Source of the DNA: Chitinophagales bacterium | Lineage (GTDB): Bacteria; Bacteroidota; Bacteroidia; Chitinophagales; Chitinophagaceae | Length of the DNA: 64,000 nucleotides | Assembly: GCA_015654695.1 (NCBI GenBank) | Contig: JAATGJ010000156.1 | Location: 1 to 64,000, forward strand | Direction: 5' to 3' | Shown: positions 51,323 through 61,139 of the stretch, in pieces | Layout of the letters: every line of letters begins with the position of its first letter | Numbering within the stretch: the first letter of the stretch is position 1 | Program-made: the position numbers and the translations under genes | The notes under the pieces: generated by a model | Databases searched by the model: none | What the model was told of the DNA's origin: nothing | The model's input: the letters and a program-made list of their open reading frames with translations, nothing else

Positions 51323-51493
51323 GTGTTCCAGCGGAACACATCGTGGGTAAAAAAATCATACGGATATGAACGGCGGCGTTCCGTAGGAACGCATGGTGCT
51401 AATATTGAAAATGGATTGCACGAAACGTTCCGATGGAACGTTGGCTGGTTTCATTTGATACGGTTATACCCACGAGTTGTCCCGATGGGACAA
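51323..51493. repeat. ordered array of four GTTCC-N3-GGAAC hairpins about 50 bp apart, with an enclosing long-range stem; candidate structured ncRNA / leader
   Basis: GTGTTCCagcGGAACAC (51323-39), GCGTTCCgtaGGAACGC (51376-92), AACGTTCCgatGGAACGTT (51424-42) and TTGTCCCgatGGGACAA (51477-93). The flanking stem bases covary. CGTGGGTA (51343-50) pairs with TACCCACG (51468-75) and encloses hairpins 2 and 3. Confidence 0.5.
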
Positions 51494-51725
51494 GAGAAGA
51501 TTCCTATTATTGCTGAATAAAATAATAGCCATCGGATCACAGAACTCACATCCGGCAATTCGTGTTTTTCCAAATCTATCAGACACTTCGCAATGCGGAA
51601 TGGAATTATTGAACGTACAACTAAGCCCTTCGTTTCGCCCTGGGTAAATTTACAACAGGCGATGATCCTTAGATAAACTCAGAACAGTCCTACCGTTGGT
51701 AAAAAAATCCATTTATTCTTTCTAT

Positions 51726-54700
51726 TTAATCAACTCCCTTCTTCAACCGCAGATCCAGCGTACACGGAAATTCATTATTTATTTCCGGCGCCGGCGCATC
51801 ATACACAAAACTGCCACGGTTGTTTTCGATATAATGCTGCGTTACGGAGGATAGCACGGTTATAAAACGCGGTTCTTGTGTATGGCTGGTATTGCCAAAG
51901 CGGTTGATGCGGCGGCTTTCCGCTTCAAAACTGTTGATGGGGAACGTATCGTAACTTCTGCCGCCGGGGTGCGATACATAATACGTGCAACCACCAATGG
52001 AGCGGCCATTCCATGTATCTACAATATCAAAAGTGAGTGGCGTATCAACACCAATGGTGGGGTGCAATGCACTCGGCGGCTGCCAGGCCCGGTAACGGAT
52101 ACCGCAAACATATTCGCCTTTTACACTAGTGGCTGTAAGCGGAACGCGAACACCACCGCAGAGGAGAATATAGCGGTTGTCGTTGATACCGGATAGTTTT
52201 ACCTGCACCCTTTCTAAAGAACTGTCAACAAAACGTGCCGTGCCGGAGCTGCTCATTTCTTCGCCCAGTACATGCCAGGGCTCAATACCCATACGCAGTT
52301 CCATTTTAATATCTTTTACCGTAACCGAACCGTAATGCGGAAAACGAAATTCGAAAAATGGCTTGAACCAGTTGATGTCGAATGCATAACCGGCCATATT
52401 TAAATACTCTACCACATCAGCCATATCCTGCTGCACATAATGCGGCAGCAAATATTTATCGTACAGGCTGGTGCCCCAGCGTACCAGTTTATGCTTGTAT
52501 GGTTTTTTCCAGAATGTGGCTATCAATGCACGGATGAGCAACATTTGCAGCAAACTCATTTGCTTATGCGGTGGCATATCAAACGCCCGGAATTCTAAAA
52601 TGCCCAGCCTTCCTGCAGAAGAATCGGGAGAATATAATTTATCAATACATAATTCGGAGCGATGCGTATTACCCGTAATGTCAGTAAGCAAATGCCGGAA
52701 TATTCTGTCGGTAATCCAAAAAGGAATAAAGCCTTTTTCGGGCACCTGGCTAAAAGCAATTTCCATTTCATAAAGACGGTCTTCAAAACCTTCATCAAAA
52801 CGGGGGGCCTGGCTGGTAGGCCCGATAAAACTACCGGAAAACAAATACGATAAACCGGGATGGTGTTGCCAGAAAGTGATTAAACTCCGCAACAGATCAG
52901 GGCGGCGCAACAGCGGACTATCTGCCGGCTTTGCAGCACCAATGGTAATATGATTACCACCGCCAGTGCCGGTATGGCGTCCATCCAGCATAAACTTTTC
53001 GGTACCCAGTCGTGATAATCTTGCCTGTTCGTATAAAGTATCTGTATTGGCTAAAAGGTCCTTCCAGTTTTTTGCAGGGTGAATATTTACTTCTATCACG
53101 CCGGGGTCTGGTGATACTACCATACGTTCCACCCTGGTATCTCTTGGTGGTTCGTAGCCTTCGATACGCACCTGCATTTTTAATTTAGCTGCCGTGCTTT
53201 CGATACAGGCTACCATATCCAGGTAGTGTTCTATATAATCCATCGGCGGCAGAAAAATATAAATATGGCCATCCCGTACTTCCACACTTAATGCCATGCG
53301 GATGGTTTCAATCTCCCTGGTAATTTCTTCAGGCGGTTCTTTTTCTTTAGCCTTCTTTTTTTCAGCAGTTGCATTTCTCTTCTCGAACTTTTCTTTATTC
53401 TCCCCTGCTAATTTTGTTATCGGTTCTGTGTTTTTAAATACTTTTCCATAGCGCCACAATATCGCTTTATGAAAATCTTCCAGCTCAGGCAGCTCTTCAA
53501 ACAAACTGCGTTCTACTTTATACGGTATCCTGGCTTTGGGCACCACCGGCAACGAGTCCAACGGTAAGCGTAACCCTATGGGAGAATTACCGGGAACTAA
53601 AAAAAGATGCTCCCGGTTAAAGACCCATTTACAGCTCAACCATTTATCATCCCAGTAATTCCAGCGAAGTGGTATTACATAGCCCACAGGTTCATCCAGC
53701 CCCTGGTTAAGCAGCTGTGCTAACGTACGCCGCTCCAATGGGTCTTTTAAATTTGCTTTTAACGGATCAACATTGGCTGGATTTTTTCCTTCGGTCCATA
53801 AAAAATAAAATACATCTTCGTAAGCCGTGCTTATATTATCCAGGCTAACCGCTAAATGCCTGGCCAGTTCGTTAGTAAATGCTTTGGCATCTTTTATAGT
53901 GTATTTCTTTTTGGTTTTTTCGTGGGCGATCAGATCAAGGTTTTTCCAAACGGGAAAACCATCTTTCCGCCAGAACAAACCGTATTGCCATCTTGGTAAT
54001 GGTTCACCGGGATACCATTTACCCTGCCCGTAATGGATCAATCCACCGGGACCAAATTTATCTCTTAAGCGGAAAATAAGATCATGTGATAATTCTCTTT
54101 TTTCTTTTCCATCGGCAGCGGTATTCCATTGCGCCGATTCCATATCATCAATAGAAACAAAAGTAGGCTCTCCACCCATCGTCATGCGTACATCACCTGT
54201 TGCTAAATCTTCGTCCACCTGTTCGCCAATTGCATTTATTTCTATCCATTGCTGTTCGGTAAAGGGTTTGGTTACTCTTGGGTCTTCATAAATTCTTGTC
54301 ACCGAATTTTCAAATTCAAAAGTCACTTCGCACTTATCAGTAGCCCCCACTACTGGCGCGGCACTTGCATAATCGGGTGTACATGCCAGTGGTATATGTC
54401 CTTCGCCGGCAAATAAACCGGAAGTGGCATCTAAACCAATCCAGCCTGCGCCGGGAATATATACTTCTACCCAGGCATGCAAATCGGTAAAATCTTTTTC
54501 AGGGCCCGAGGGTCCATCCAATGATTTTTCATCAGAAGTTAACTGCACCAAATAACCGGATACGAAACGGGATGCCAACCCTAAATGCCGCAATACCTGT
54601 ACAAAAAGCCAGGCTGTATCCCTGCAGGAGCCCAGTGTTTTTTCCAGCGTTTCCTCAGGAGTTTGTACCCCCACTTCCATGCGGATGGAATAATTAATAT

Positions 54701-55163
54701 CCTTATTTATTTTTTGATTGAGGTACACCAAAAAATCATTGATCGTTTTTTTGCTCCTGTCAACACCCTTTAACCATTCCATTAGCCGGGGGCCGCTTTC
54801 TTTTATTTCCAGGTAAGGGATTAATTCTTTGGGTAATTCGCCACGATATTTAAAAGGGAAATTTTCGGCATATTCTTCTACAAAAAAATCAAAAGGATTG
54901 ATGCTGACTAAATTGGCAATTACTTCTACTTCTACTTTTAGCTGCGTAGTTCTTTCTGGAAATACGACACGGGCCTGGTAATTACCAAACGGGTCCTGCT
55001 GCCAGTTGATAAAATGATCTTTGGGTTCCACCTTAAAAGAATACGATTCAATGGGAGTTCGGGAATGCACGGCAGGACGAAGCCGGAAGACATGCGGGGA
55101 TAAAGCCACTAATCGGTCGTAAGTATAAACTGTCTTATGCCGGATCGCTACCCTTATAGCCAT
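51726..55163 (-). CDS. DUF2126 family large transglutaminase-like protein
   Basis: 1145 aa. It has an N-terminal Bact_transglu_N region, a TGase core and a long DUF2126 C-terminal region, the architecture of mycobacterial Rv2566. Confidence 0.85.
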   Translation of the reverse strand: MAIRVAIRHKTVYTYDRLVALSPHVFRLRPAVHSRTPIESYSFKVEPKDHFINWQQDPFGNYQARVVFPERTTQLKVEVEVIANLVSINPFDFFVEEYAENFPFKYRGELPKELIPYLEIKESGPRLMEWLKGVDRSKKTINDFLVYLNQKINKDINYSIRMEVGVQTPEETLEKTLGSCRDTAWLFVQVLRHLGLASRFVSGYLVQLTSDEKSLDGPSGPEKDFTDLHAWVEVYIPGAGWIGLDATSGLFAGEGHIPLACTPDYASAAPVVGATDKCEVTFEFENSVTRIYEDPRVTKPFTEQQWIEINAIGEQVDEDLATGDVRMTMGGEPTFVSIDDMESAQWNTAADGKEKRELSHDLIFRLRDKFGPGGLIHYGQGKWYPGEPLPRWQYGLFWRKDGFPVWKNLDLIAHEKTKKKYTIKDAKAFTNELARHLAVSLDNISTAYEDVFYFLWTEGKNPANVDPLKANLKDPLERRTLAQLLNQGLDEPVGYVIPLRWNYWDDKWLSCKWVFNREHLFLVPGNSPIGLRLPLDSLPVVPKARIPYKVERSLFEELPELEDFHKAILWRYGKVFKNTEPITKLAGENKEKFEKRNATAEKKKAKEKEPPEEITREIETIRMALSVEVRDGHIYIFLPPMDYIEHYLDMVACIESTAAKLKMQVRIEGYEPPRDTRVERMVVSPDPGVIEVNIHPAKNWKDLLANTDTLYEQARLSRLGTEKFMLDGRHTGTGGGNHITIGAAKPADSPLLRRPDLLRSLITFWQHHPGLSYLFSGSFIGPTSQAPRFDEGFEDRLYEMEIAFSQVPEKGFIPFWITDRIFRHLLTDITGNTHRSELCIDKLYSPDSSAGRLGILEFRAFDMPPHKQMSLLQMLLIRALIATFWKKPYKHKLVRWGTSLYDKYLLPHYVQQDMADVVEYLNMAGYAFDINWFKPFFEFRFPHYGSVTVKDIKMELRMGIEPWHVLGEEMSSSGTARFVDSSLERVQVKLSGINDNRYILLCGGVRVPLTATSVKGEYVCGIRYRAWQPPSALHPTIGVDTPLTFDIVDTWNGRSIGGCTYYVSHPGGRSYDTFPINSFEAESRRINRFGNTSHTQEPRFITVLSSVTQHYIENNRGSFVYDAPAPEINNEFPCTLDLRLKKGVD

Positions 55164-55471
55164 ACTGGTTTTTTATTTTGAAATGAGAAGGCGGAGCAAT
55201 CGTTGATTGAATTGAATGAGGTAAGAGGTGAAGATAAAATTTATTTGGCAGTTGGGAACACGGATGACAGGGATTAGACAGATTAAAAGGATTTGCTTCC
55301 GGAAAACAGGAAAATCCTTTTAAATTTCAAGAATAGAACCGGATTAATCTTAAGAAGTTAGGGCTAAAAATCTGTGTAAATCCGCTCAATCCCTGTCATC
55401 CGTGTTCTACCTTAGCAGCCATGATTGAATTCCAGATCAAACAAAGAGATACAGGGCCGAATACTTTTAAT

Positions 55472-56419
55472 ATGGCGCTTGCTTCGCTGCGTATCGTTTT
55501 TATGGGTACGCCGGAATTTGCTGTGGCTTCTTTGGATGCATTGATAAAAGCAGGTTACAATATTGTTGGCGTGATTACAGCGCCTGATAAACCTGCAGGA
55601 AGAGGAATGAAGATGAATGAAAGTGCTGTAAAGAAGTATGCTGTTGAACATAACCTTAAAGTATTGCAACCGGAGAAACTGAAGAACCCGGAGTTTTTAG
55701 AAGAATTGAAATCTTTACATGCCGATCTACAGATCGTGGTTGCTTTCCGGATGCTTCCTGAAATAGTGTGGAATATGCCGCGAATGGGTTCTGTCAATCT
55801 TCATGGGTCATTGTTGCCGCAATACCGTGGCGCTGCTCCTATTAACTGGGCAGTGATCAATGGTGAAAAGCAAACGGGTGTCACCACCTTCAAACTGAAA
55901 CAGGAGATTGATACCGGTGATATTTTACTACAGGAAAGTTTTCCTATCGGTGAAAATGAAACAGCCGGTGAAGTGCATGATAAAATGAAAGAGATCGGGG
56001 CGCAGGTATTGGTAAAGACAGTGAAAGGTTTGGCAGATGGAAGTTTGAAAGAAATGCCGCAATTGGTCATTAGCAATAAGCAACCGGCACCACTCAAACA
56101 TGCACCAAAAATATTCACTGAGACCTGTAAGATAGATTTTACAAAAACAGTTGACGAGGTACATAATCTCATCCGTGGCCTCTCTCCTTTTCCAGGCGCT
56201 TTTACTTATTTAAATGATAAGATGCTGAAGATATACCGCAGTGAGAGGGAGGCTTCCCCAAACCCTTCCCCGGGAGGGAGTTTAGGTCGTTTTGAAACGG
56301 ACAGTAAAACATTTTTGAAGTTTGTCTGTTCGAACGGGTATATCCATGTAAAAGAATTACAACTGGAAGGAAAAAAAAAGATGAGTACTGAAGAGTTTCT
56401 TCCTGGTTACAGGTTCTAA
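55472..56419 (+). CDS. fmt: methionyl-tRNA formyltransferase
   Basis: The LRIVFMGTPEFAV N-terminus, a formyltransferase core with the HGSLLP motif, and a C-terminal domain are present. The gene was re-started at MALASLRIVF. Confidence 0.9.
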   Translation: MALASLRIVFMGTPEFAVASLDALIKAGYNIVGVITAPDKPAGRGMKMNESAVKKYAVEHNLKVLQPEKLKNPEFLEELKSLHADLQIVVAFRMLPEIVWNMPRMGSVNLHGSLLPQYRGAAPINWAVINGEKQTGVTTFKLKQEIDTGDILLQESFPIGENETAGEVHDKMKEIGAQVLVKTVKGLADGSLKEMPQLVISNKQPAPLKHAPKIFTETCKIDFTKTVDEVHNLIRGLSPFPGAFTYLNDKMLKIYRSEREASPNPSPGGSLGRFETDSKTFLKFVCSNGYIHVKELQLEGKKKMSTEEFLPGYRF

Positions 56420-56426
56420 GCTACCC

Positions 56427-57416
56427 TTAGTAATTGATCTTCACAATAAACCTATCCATCTCATTGATGCCCAGCGTAGTTGCCGCCAGGTTGCTGATAC
56501 GTATATTCAATCCCTGGTTCTGCCTGATACCACTCATTTCACCTAATACCTTTGCATAAACGGTTTTATTGTTGTCCGGGTTGATGATCCTTACAATAGT
56601 GCCTGAAGACACACCATCCATCAGCAGGTAATATTTCGCATCCTGCAGGCCATTGGTAGTTTTAAAAATACCAGAAGTAACAGTTTCTGTTTTTGAAAGG
56701 GGATGAACCTTTACCTGCTGGTCAAAAAAAGATTTAAAATATCCCTGGCCCGTCATATTCGTTGTCACTTCCTGCTTGGTAAAAACAGGCTGAACTTTTT
56801 TAGGTTCCTCTTTTACCAATGGTTTTTCTTCAGCCTGTTCCGGTTTCTTCACTTCTTCTTTTATAACAGGTTTATTAATTATTTCTTCGGTTTTTACCGT
56901 TGCCTTTTCTGTTACAGGTTCTGTTTTCACCGCTGGCTTTTCTTCTTTTATAGCGGCAGAAACCACCGGAGCTTCACTCGTGATCAAAAAACCAACGATC
57001 AGTTTTGTACCTGCGGTAATATTATCATTAGCCAGTTTATTCCACTGGCGGATACTTTGCAGTTTTACTTTATTATTGGCATTACTCACTTTCATCAAAC
57101 CTTCACTCTCGCCTGTTTTATAGTAAACCGGCACACCCTTACTGGTTGTCTGTGAAAAATTAGTATCCGTTAGCGGGATATGAATGACCTGCCCGATATT
57201 CAAGCCTTTATTTATGTCAAGATCATTATAAGCTGCAAGAAACTTCGGATGTACATTGTATAAACGGGCCATTGCGAAGAAACCTTCTTTAGCGGCTACA
57301 GGATGTTCAAGATACAGGCCCCTCTCCCCGCTTTTAACGATAAGTTGCCCGGGCTGGGCTATAGAAACTTTTGTAATGGCAAAAGAGATAAACAACACAA
57401 AAAACAAGTTCTTCAT
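56427..57416 (-). CDS. secreted LysM-like peptidoglycan-binding protein with Lys/Glu/Pro-rich linker
   Basis: 329 aa with a signal peptide. Two LysM-like segments flank a low-complexity EKPxVKxE repeat linker. Confidence 0.55.
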   Translation of the reverse strand: MKNLFFVLFISFAITKVSIAQPGQLIVKSGERGLYLEHPVAAKEGFFAMARLYNVHPKFLAAYNDLDINKGLNIGQVIHIPLTDTNFSQTTSKGVPVYYKTGESEGLMKVSNANNKVKLQSIRQWNKLANDNITAGTKLIVGFLITSEAPVVSAAIKEEKPAVKTEPVTEKATVKTEEIINKPVIKEEVKKPEQAEEKPLVKEEPKKVQPVFTKQEVTTNMTGQGYFKSFFDQQVKVHPLSKTETVTSGIFKTTNGLQDAKYYLLMDGVSSGTIVRIINPDNNKTVYAKVLGEMSGIRQNQGLNIRISNLAATTLGINEMDRFIVKINY

Positions 57417-57479
57417 ACTATTCGGGTTTGGGACACAAAGATGAGATTTTTTTGCGTGTAATAAATAAGTCCCGGCCCA

Positions 57480-58829
57480 TCAGATGCTTTCTTTTAATAT
57501 CCTTAACTCTTTCGGGTAATAATTATTAATACGGTTAGGCAATACATTCACCCATCCAAGGGAATGCCCTTCGTAAGTTACCAGTTGCCAGCCTTTCTCT
57601 TTAGTTTCTACCTGCATGTCCTTTCGCTGCAGGTATTGAATAGCCTGTTCATAATTTACGTTGAGCCTCCCGACAGAATTATTTACCAGCCCGCTCATCG
57701 CCAATGCATGGTCAGGCACCAGCTTATCCCTCATCAGTTCGCCGATACGAACACCGGAATAAATAACCCGGAGATTCGAAAGAATAAAATTCATATCATC
57801 CGCTATACTTTCCGGCCAGGCATAGACTGTATTCTCATATTTGACCAGGCGATGATTAATGTTACCCATCCACCTCGCTGTTATTTCCATTTCCTTTTTA
57901 GTAACTGCCTCTGCCTTTGATCTTAGTTTAACAGAACCGCTTTCTTCTCCATCAATTTTTTGAAAACAGGCGATAAAAAATCCTTCCCCTTTTACCTTAT
58001 CCGGCCAGAAACGATAACCACTTTCTGAATCAGTTATATTCCAATTTTTATCAATAAGCAATGGCCAATAAACAACAGGCAATTCCTTGAGTACCCATTT
58101 AACTATTCCTTCATCTTCTTCTTTTGAATAGGAACAGGTGGAATAGATAACAATGCCGTCTTTTTTAAGAGCAGGCCAAACATCAGCGAGTATTCGTTGC
58201 TGTCGCTGGCTGCATAATGCTACATTATTCAGGCTCCATTCATTCATCGCTTCCGGTTCACGGCGAAAGAGACCACTGCCGCTGCATGGCGCATCTACTA
58301 CTATTACATCAAAATAATTTTCCAGCTTTGCAAAATCTTTCGGATCATTATTTGTCACCACTACATTCTGACCTCCCCATTTGATGATATTATCTTTTAA
58401 CACGTTAGCCCTTGAACGGATCACATCATTACTTACCAGCAAACTATCTTTTGATATCAGTGATTGAATATGGGTTGATTTGCCTCCGGGTGCAGCGCTG
58501 AGATCAAGTATTTTTAACGGTTGAGAGAGATCAGTTGTTTGTTTCAATGCCTGTTCTAAAAACATACTGCTGGCCTCTTGTACATAATATGTTCCGGCAT
58601 GAAAGATTGGATCGAAGGTGAAAGAAGGACGTTCAGCCAGGTAATATCCGTACTGGGCCCATGGTATGGGCGAGAATTCGAATTTCGAAATTTGAAATTC
58701 GAATTTCTTCCCCGGGTTTATTCTTATTGAAGTGACCTGCTCACCTGAAGCATGTATTTTTTCAAAAGCTTCCTTATCGAAACCTTTGATACCAGCCAAA
58801 GAATCCAGTAATTGTATAGGTAACTGCAC
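57480..58829 (-). CDS. rsmF: rRNA cytosine-C5 methyltransferase (RsmB/RsmF, NOL1/NOP2/Sun family)
   Basis: SAM motif LDLSAAPGGKST and catalytic Cys motifs D.PCSGSG and TCS. Confidence 0.8.
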   Translation of the reverse strand: MQLPIQLLDSLAGIKGFDKEAFEKIHASGEQVTSIRINPGKKFEFQISKFEFSPIPWAQYGYYLAERPSFTFDPIFHAGTYYVQEASSMFLEQALKQTTDLSQPLKILDLSAAPGGKSTHIQSLISKDSLLVSNDVIRSRANVLKDNIIKWGGQNVVVTNNDPKDFAKLENYFDVIVVDAPCSGSGLFRREPEAMNEWSLNNVALCSQRQQRILADVWPALKKDGIVIYSTCSYSKEEDEGIVKWVLKELPVVYWPLLIDKNWNITDSESGYRFWPDKVKGEGFFIACFQKIDGEESGSVKLRSKAEAVTKKEMEITARWMGNINHRLVKYENTVYAWPESIADDMNFILSNLRVIYSGVRIGELMRDKLVPDHALAMSGLVNNSVGRLNVNYEQAIQYLQRKDMQVETKEKGWQLVTYEGHSLGWVNVLPNRINNYYPKELRILKESI

Positions 58830-58865
58830 AAGGCAAAACTATGCACTACAGCCTGAACAAAATTT

Positions 58866-61109
58866 TTAAAACGGCTTTTTTACAAGAATATCCATGGCCT
58901 TTTTTATTTCAGCATTATACGTCTCCATTGTCTTTGAAACGATCTCAATATTCTCCTGCGCTTCTTTCCAGTTTCTCTGCTCTATAGCTTCCCGGATACC
59001 GGGTAAGGTTTTTACACCATAGCCTGTATAATATCCAGGGGCATAGACCTGGTGCTTGTACCATGATCTTCTTGGTAAACCTTTTTCAGTGATGAGGCTT
59101 CTTTCCGCTTTGTATAAAATCTCATTCAGCTCTTTTTGCTTATCGGCGGATAACGAAGTACCGTTCCCAAATTGCTTTTGAAATTCCTCCGCATTGTTTT
59201 TTAACTGCACCATCGCATTTTCCAGGCTGCTGAAATTGAGGAACGGAACATCATCTTTAGGTTTGGGGGATTGAAACCCTTTCTTTGGATCTTTCGCCAG
59301 GTCATATAATTTATCCCTGATCATTTTATTTTCCTGCTCGGTTTCACTTCTTGTATTATCCAATAATGTTTTGAGTTCAGTTACATAATCAGCCACTGTT
59401 TTCTGAAAACTATTGAAGTCAAATGGTAATACATCTGCATTAGCCATTCTCATCATCACGCGGCCAGCGGTTTTTGATAAAGCCATACCATACTGGTAAC
59501 CGGGATCTTTGAATTTTATAAAATGATCATACGAATCATAAATGGAATGATATTCGCCGCCCTGCCCTTCTCCGCCAAAACCAATATTCATACTCGCGAT
59601 ACCTAAGTATTGCAGAAATCCAGACCAGTCGGAGCCTGCACCCAGCGCACTTAGTTTTATATTTTTATTACCGGCAAGTTTTGCTCTCGCCGCTTTATCA
59701 CCTGCTACCATAGCCGATGCATACTTTCTTTCTTTAATGGTAACGCCTGTTTGCGGATCCTTTACGTCATTAGCTACTTCATTAAAAAATGTTTCTAACG
59801 TATGTGAACCTCCGGCGCCTATAAATCCCCTTGAGTTACCATCCGAATTCAAATAAAAAACCGCTTTCTTCTTTAACTCCTGCTGGTGATCTTCCGCCCA
59901 TTCCGTTGAACCAAGCAAAGCCGGTTCTTCTCCATCCCATGCACAATACACCAGCGTTCTTTTTAATTTGTATCCTTTCTTCACCAGTTCAGCGATTCCT
60001 CTTGCTTCTTCTAATTCTGATACCATTCCGCTTAACGGATCAGCCGCACCATTTACCCATCCATCGTGATGATTACCGCGAATCACCCATTCATCCGGTA
60101 ATTCATTTCCGGGCAATTTCGCGATTACATTGTATAAAGGTTTTATATCCCAGTTGAACTCCAGTTTCAAGTGCACTTTGGCTGTACCCGGTCCTGTATG
60201 ATAAGTGATAGGTAAACCACCCCGCCATGCAGCGGGAACTACCGGCCCACCCAGTGATTGCAATAAAGGCAACGCATCTTCATAAGAAATAGGCAATACC
60301 GGAATCTTCATGATCGTAGTCGCATCTTTTCTATCCAAACGTTTTGCATCCTTTGTTGCACCCACACCCGGTGTCAACGGATCGCCGGGATATACAGGCA
60401 TATCCATTACTGAACCACGCTGAGCCCCGTCCTTCGGACGAAAAGGGCCTTCGGGATAAACATCGCCCTGTGCATAGCCATCATCTTCCGGATCCGAATA
60501 AATGATACAACCAATAGCTCCATGCTCCGCAGCCACTTTTGGCTTGATACCTCTCCACGATCCGCCATATTTGGCGATCACGATTTTTCCTTTTACACTT
60601 ATTCCCATCCTTTCCAGTTCTTCATAATCGGCGGGAATACCACGGTTAACAAAAACCAGTTCAGCCGTTACATCACCATCAGCGGAATATGCATTATAAG
60701 AAGGAAGTTGTTCCGCTTTTTGCCCGCTTGTTTTATCTTCTTTCAGGGTTGATTCTTCAAGTTTTGCTTTATAGGGTTTGCTGCCGAGCAGTTCCAGCAA
60801 CCGTAATTTAGGTGTCGGAAACAATACATAGTATTCAGCGATCTCCGTTTGATATCCCCATGATTTGAAAAGATTCGCCATATATTCCGCATTCGCTTTG
60901 TCCTGCGGCGAGCCTACATGGTGCGGATGCGAAGAAAGGAACTGCATCCAGGTATCCAGGTTCTTTGCATTCAGTTGCGCATCAAATTGTTTTTCCCAGT
61001 CTATTTGTTTAGTAGCGCTGGCATCGGTGAAGCCCATGAGTTTTTGGGCGGATATAGTTATTGCAAAAGATAATATCACTGCAACTAAGCAGGCAAATTG
61101 TTTTCTCAT
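58866..61109 (-). CDS. M28-family metallopeptidase with PA domain and transferrin-receptor-like dimerisation domain (glutamate carboxypeptidase II-like)
   Basis: 747 aa with a signal peptide. Zinc ligands lie within the M28 core, a PA domain is inserted, and the C-terminus forms a helical TfR-like domain. Confidence 0.85.
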   Translation of the reverse strand: MRKQFACLVAVILSFAITISAQKLMGFTDASATKQIDWEKQFDAQLNAKNLDTWMQFLSSHPHHVGSPQDKANAEYMANLFKSWGYQTEIAEYYVLFPTPKLRLLELLGSKPYKAKLEESTLKEDKTSGQKAEQLPSYNAYSADGDVTAELVFVNRGIPADYEELERMGISVKGKIVIAKYGGSWRGIKPKVAAEHGAIGCIIYSDPEDDGYAQGDVYPEGPFRPKDGAQRGSVMDMPVYPGDPLTPGVGATKDAKRLDRKDATTIMKIPVLPISYEDALPLLQSLGGPVVPAAWRGGLPITYHTGPGTAKVHLKLEFNWDIKPLYNVIAKLPGNELPDEWVIRGNHHDGWVNGAADPLSGMVSELEEARGIAELVKKGYKLKRTLVYCAWDGEEPALLGSTEWAEDHQQELKKKAVFYLNSDGNSRGFIGAGGSHTLETFFNEVANDVKDPQTGVTIKERKYASAMVAGDKAARAKLAGNKNIKLSALGAGSDWSGFLQYLGIASMNIGFGGEGQGGEYHSIYDSYDHFIKFKDPGYQYGMALSKTAGRVMMRMANADVLPFDFNSFQKTVADYVTELKTLLDNTRSETEQENKMIRDKLYDLAKDPKKGFQSPKPKDDVPFLNFSSLENAMVQLKNNAEEFQKQFGNGTSLSADKQKELNEILYKAERSLITEKGLPRRSWYKHQVYAPGYYTGYGVKTLPGIREAIEQRNWKEAQENIEIVSKTMETYNAEIKKAMDILVKKPF

Positions 61110-61139
61110 GAGATGCTTTTTATTAATGTGTGTCGGAAA

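Noticed and set aside
51323-51493. Possible CRISPR array
   Set aside because: The units are short palindromes, not identical 28-37 bp direct repeats. The flanks vary while the stem is kept. The array has only four units, and no cas genes are in the window.
56262-56300. Third copy of the GC-rich hairpin element inside fmt
   Set aside because: Only partial similarity (CGGGAGG.AGTTTAGG) and no matching left flank. It is kept as a weak note, not called as a feature.
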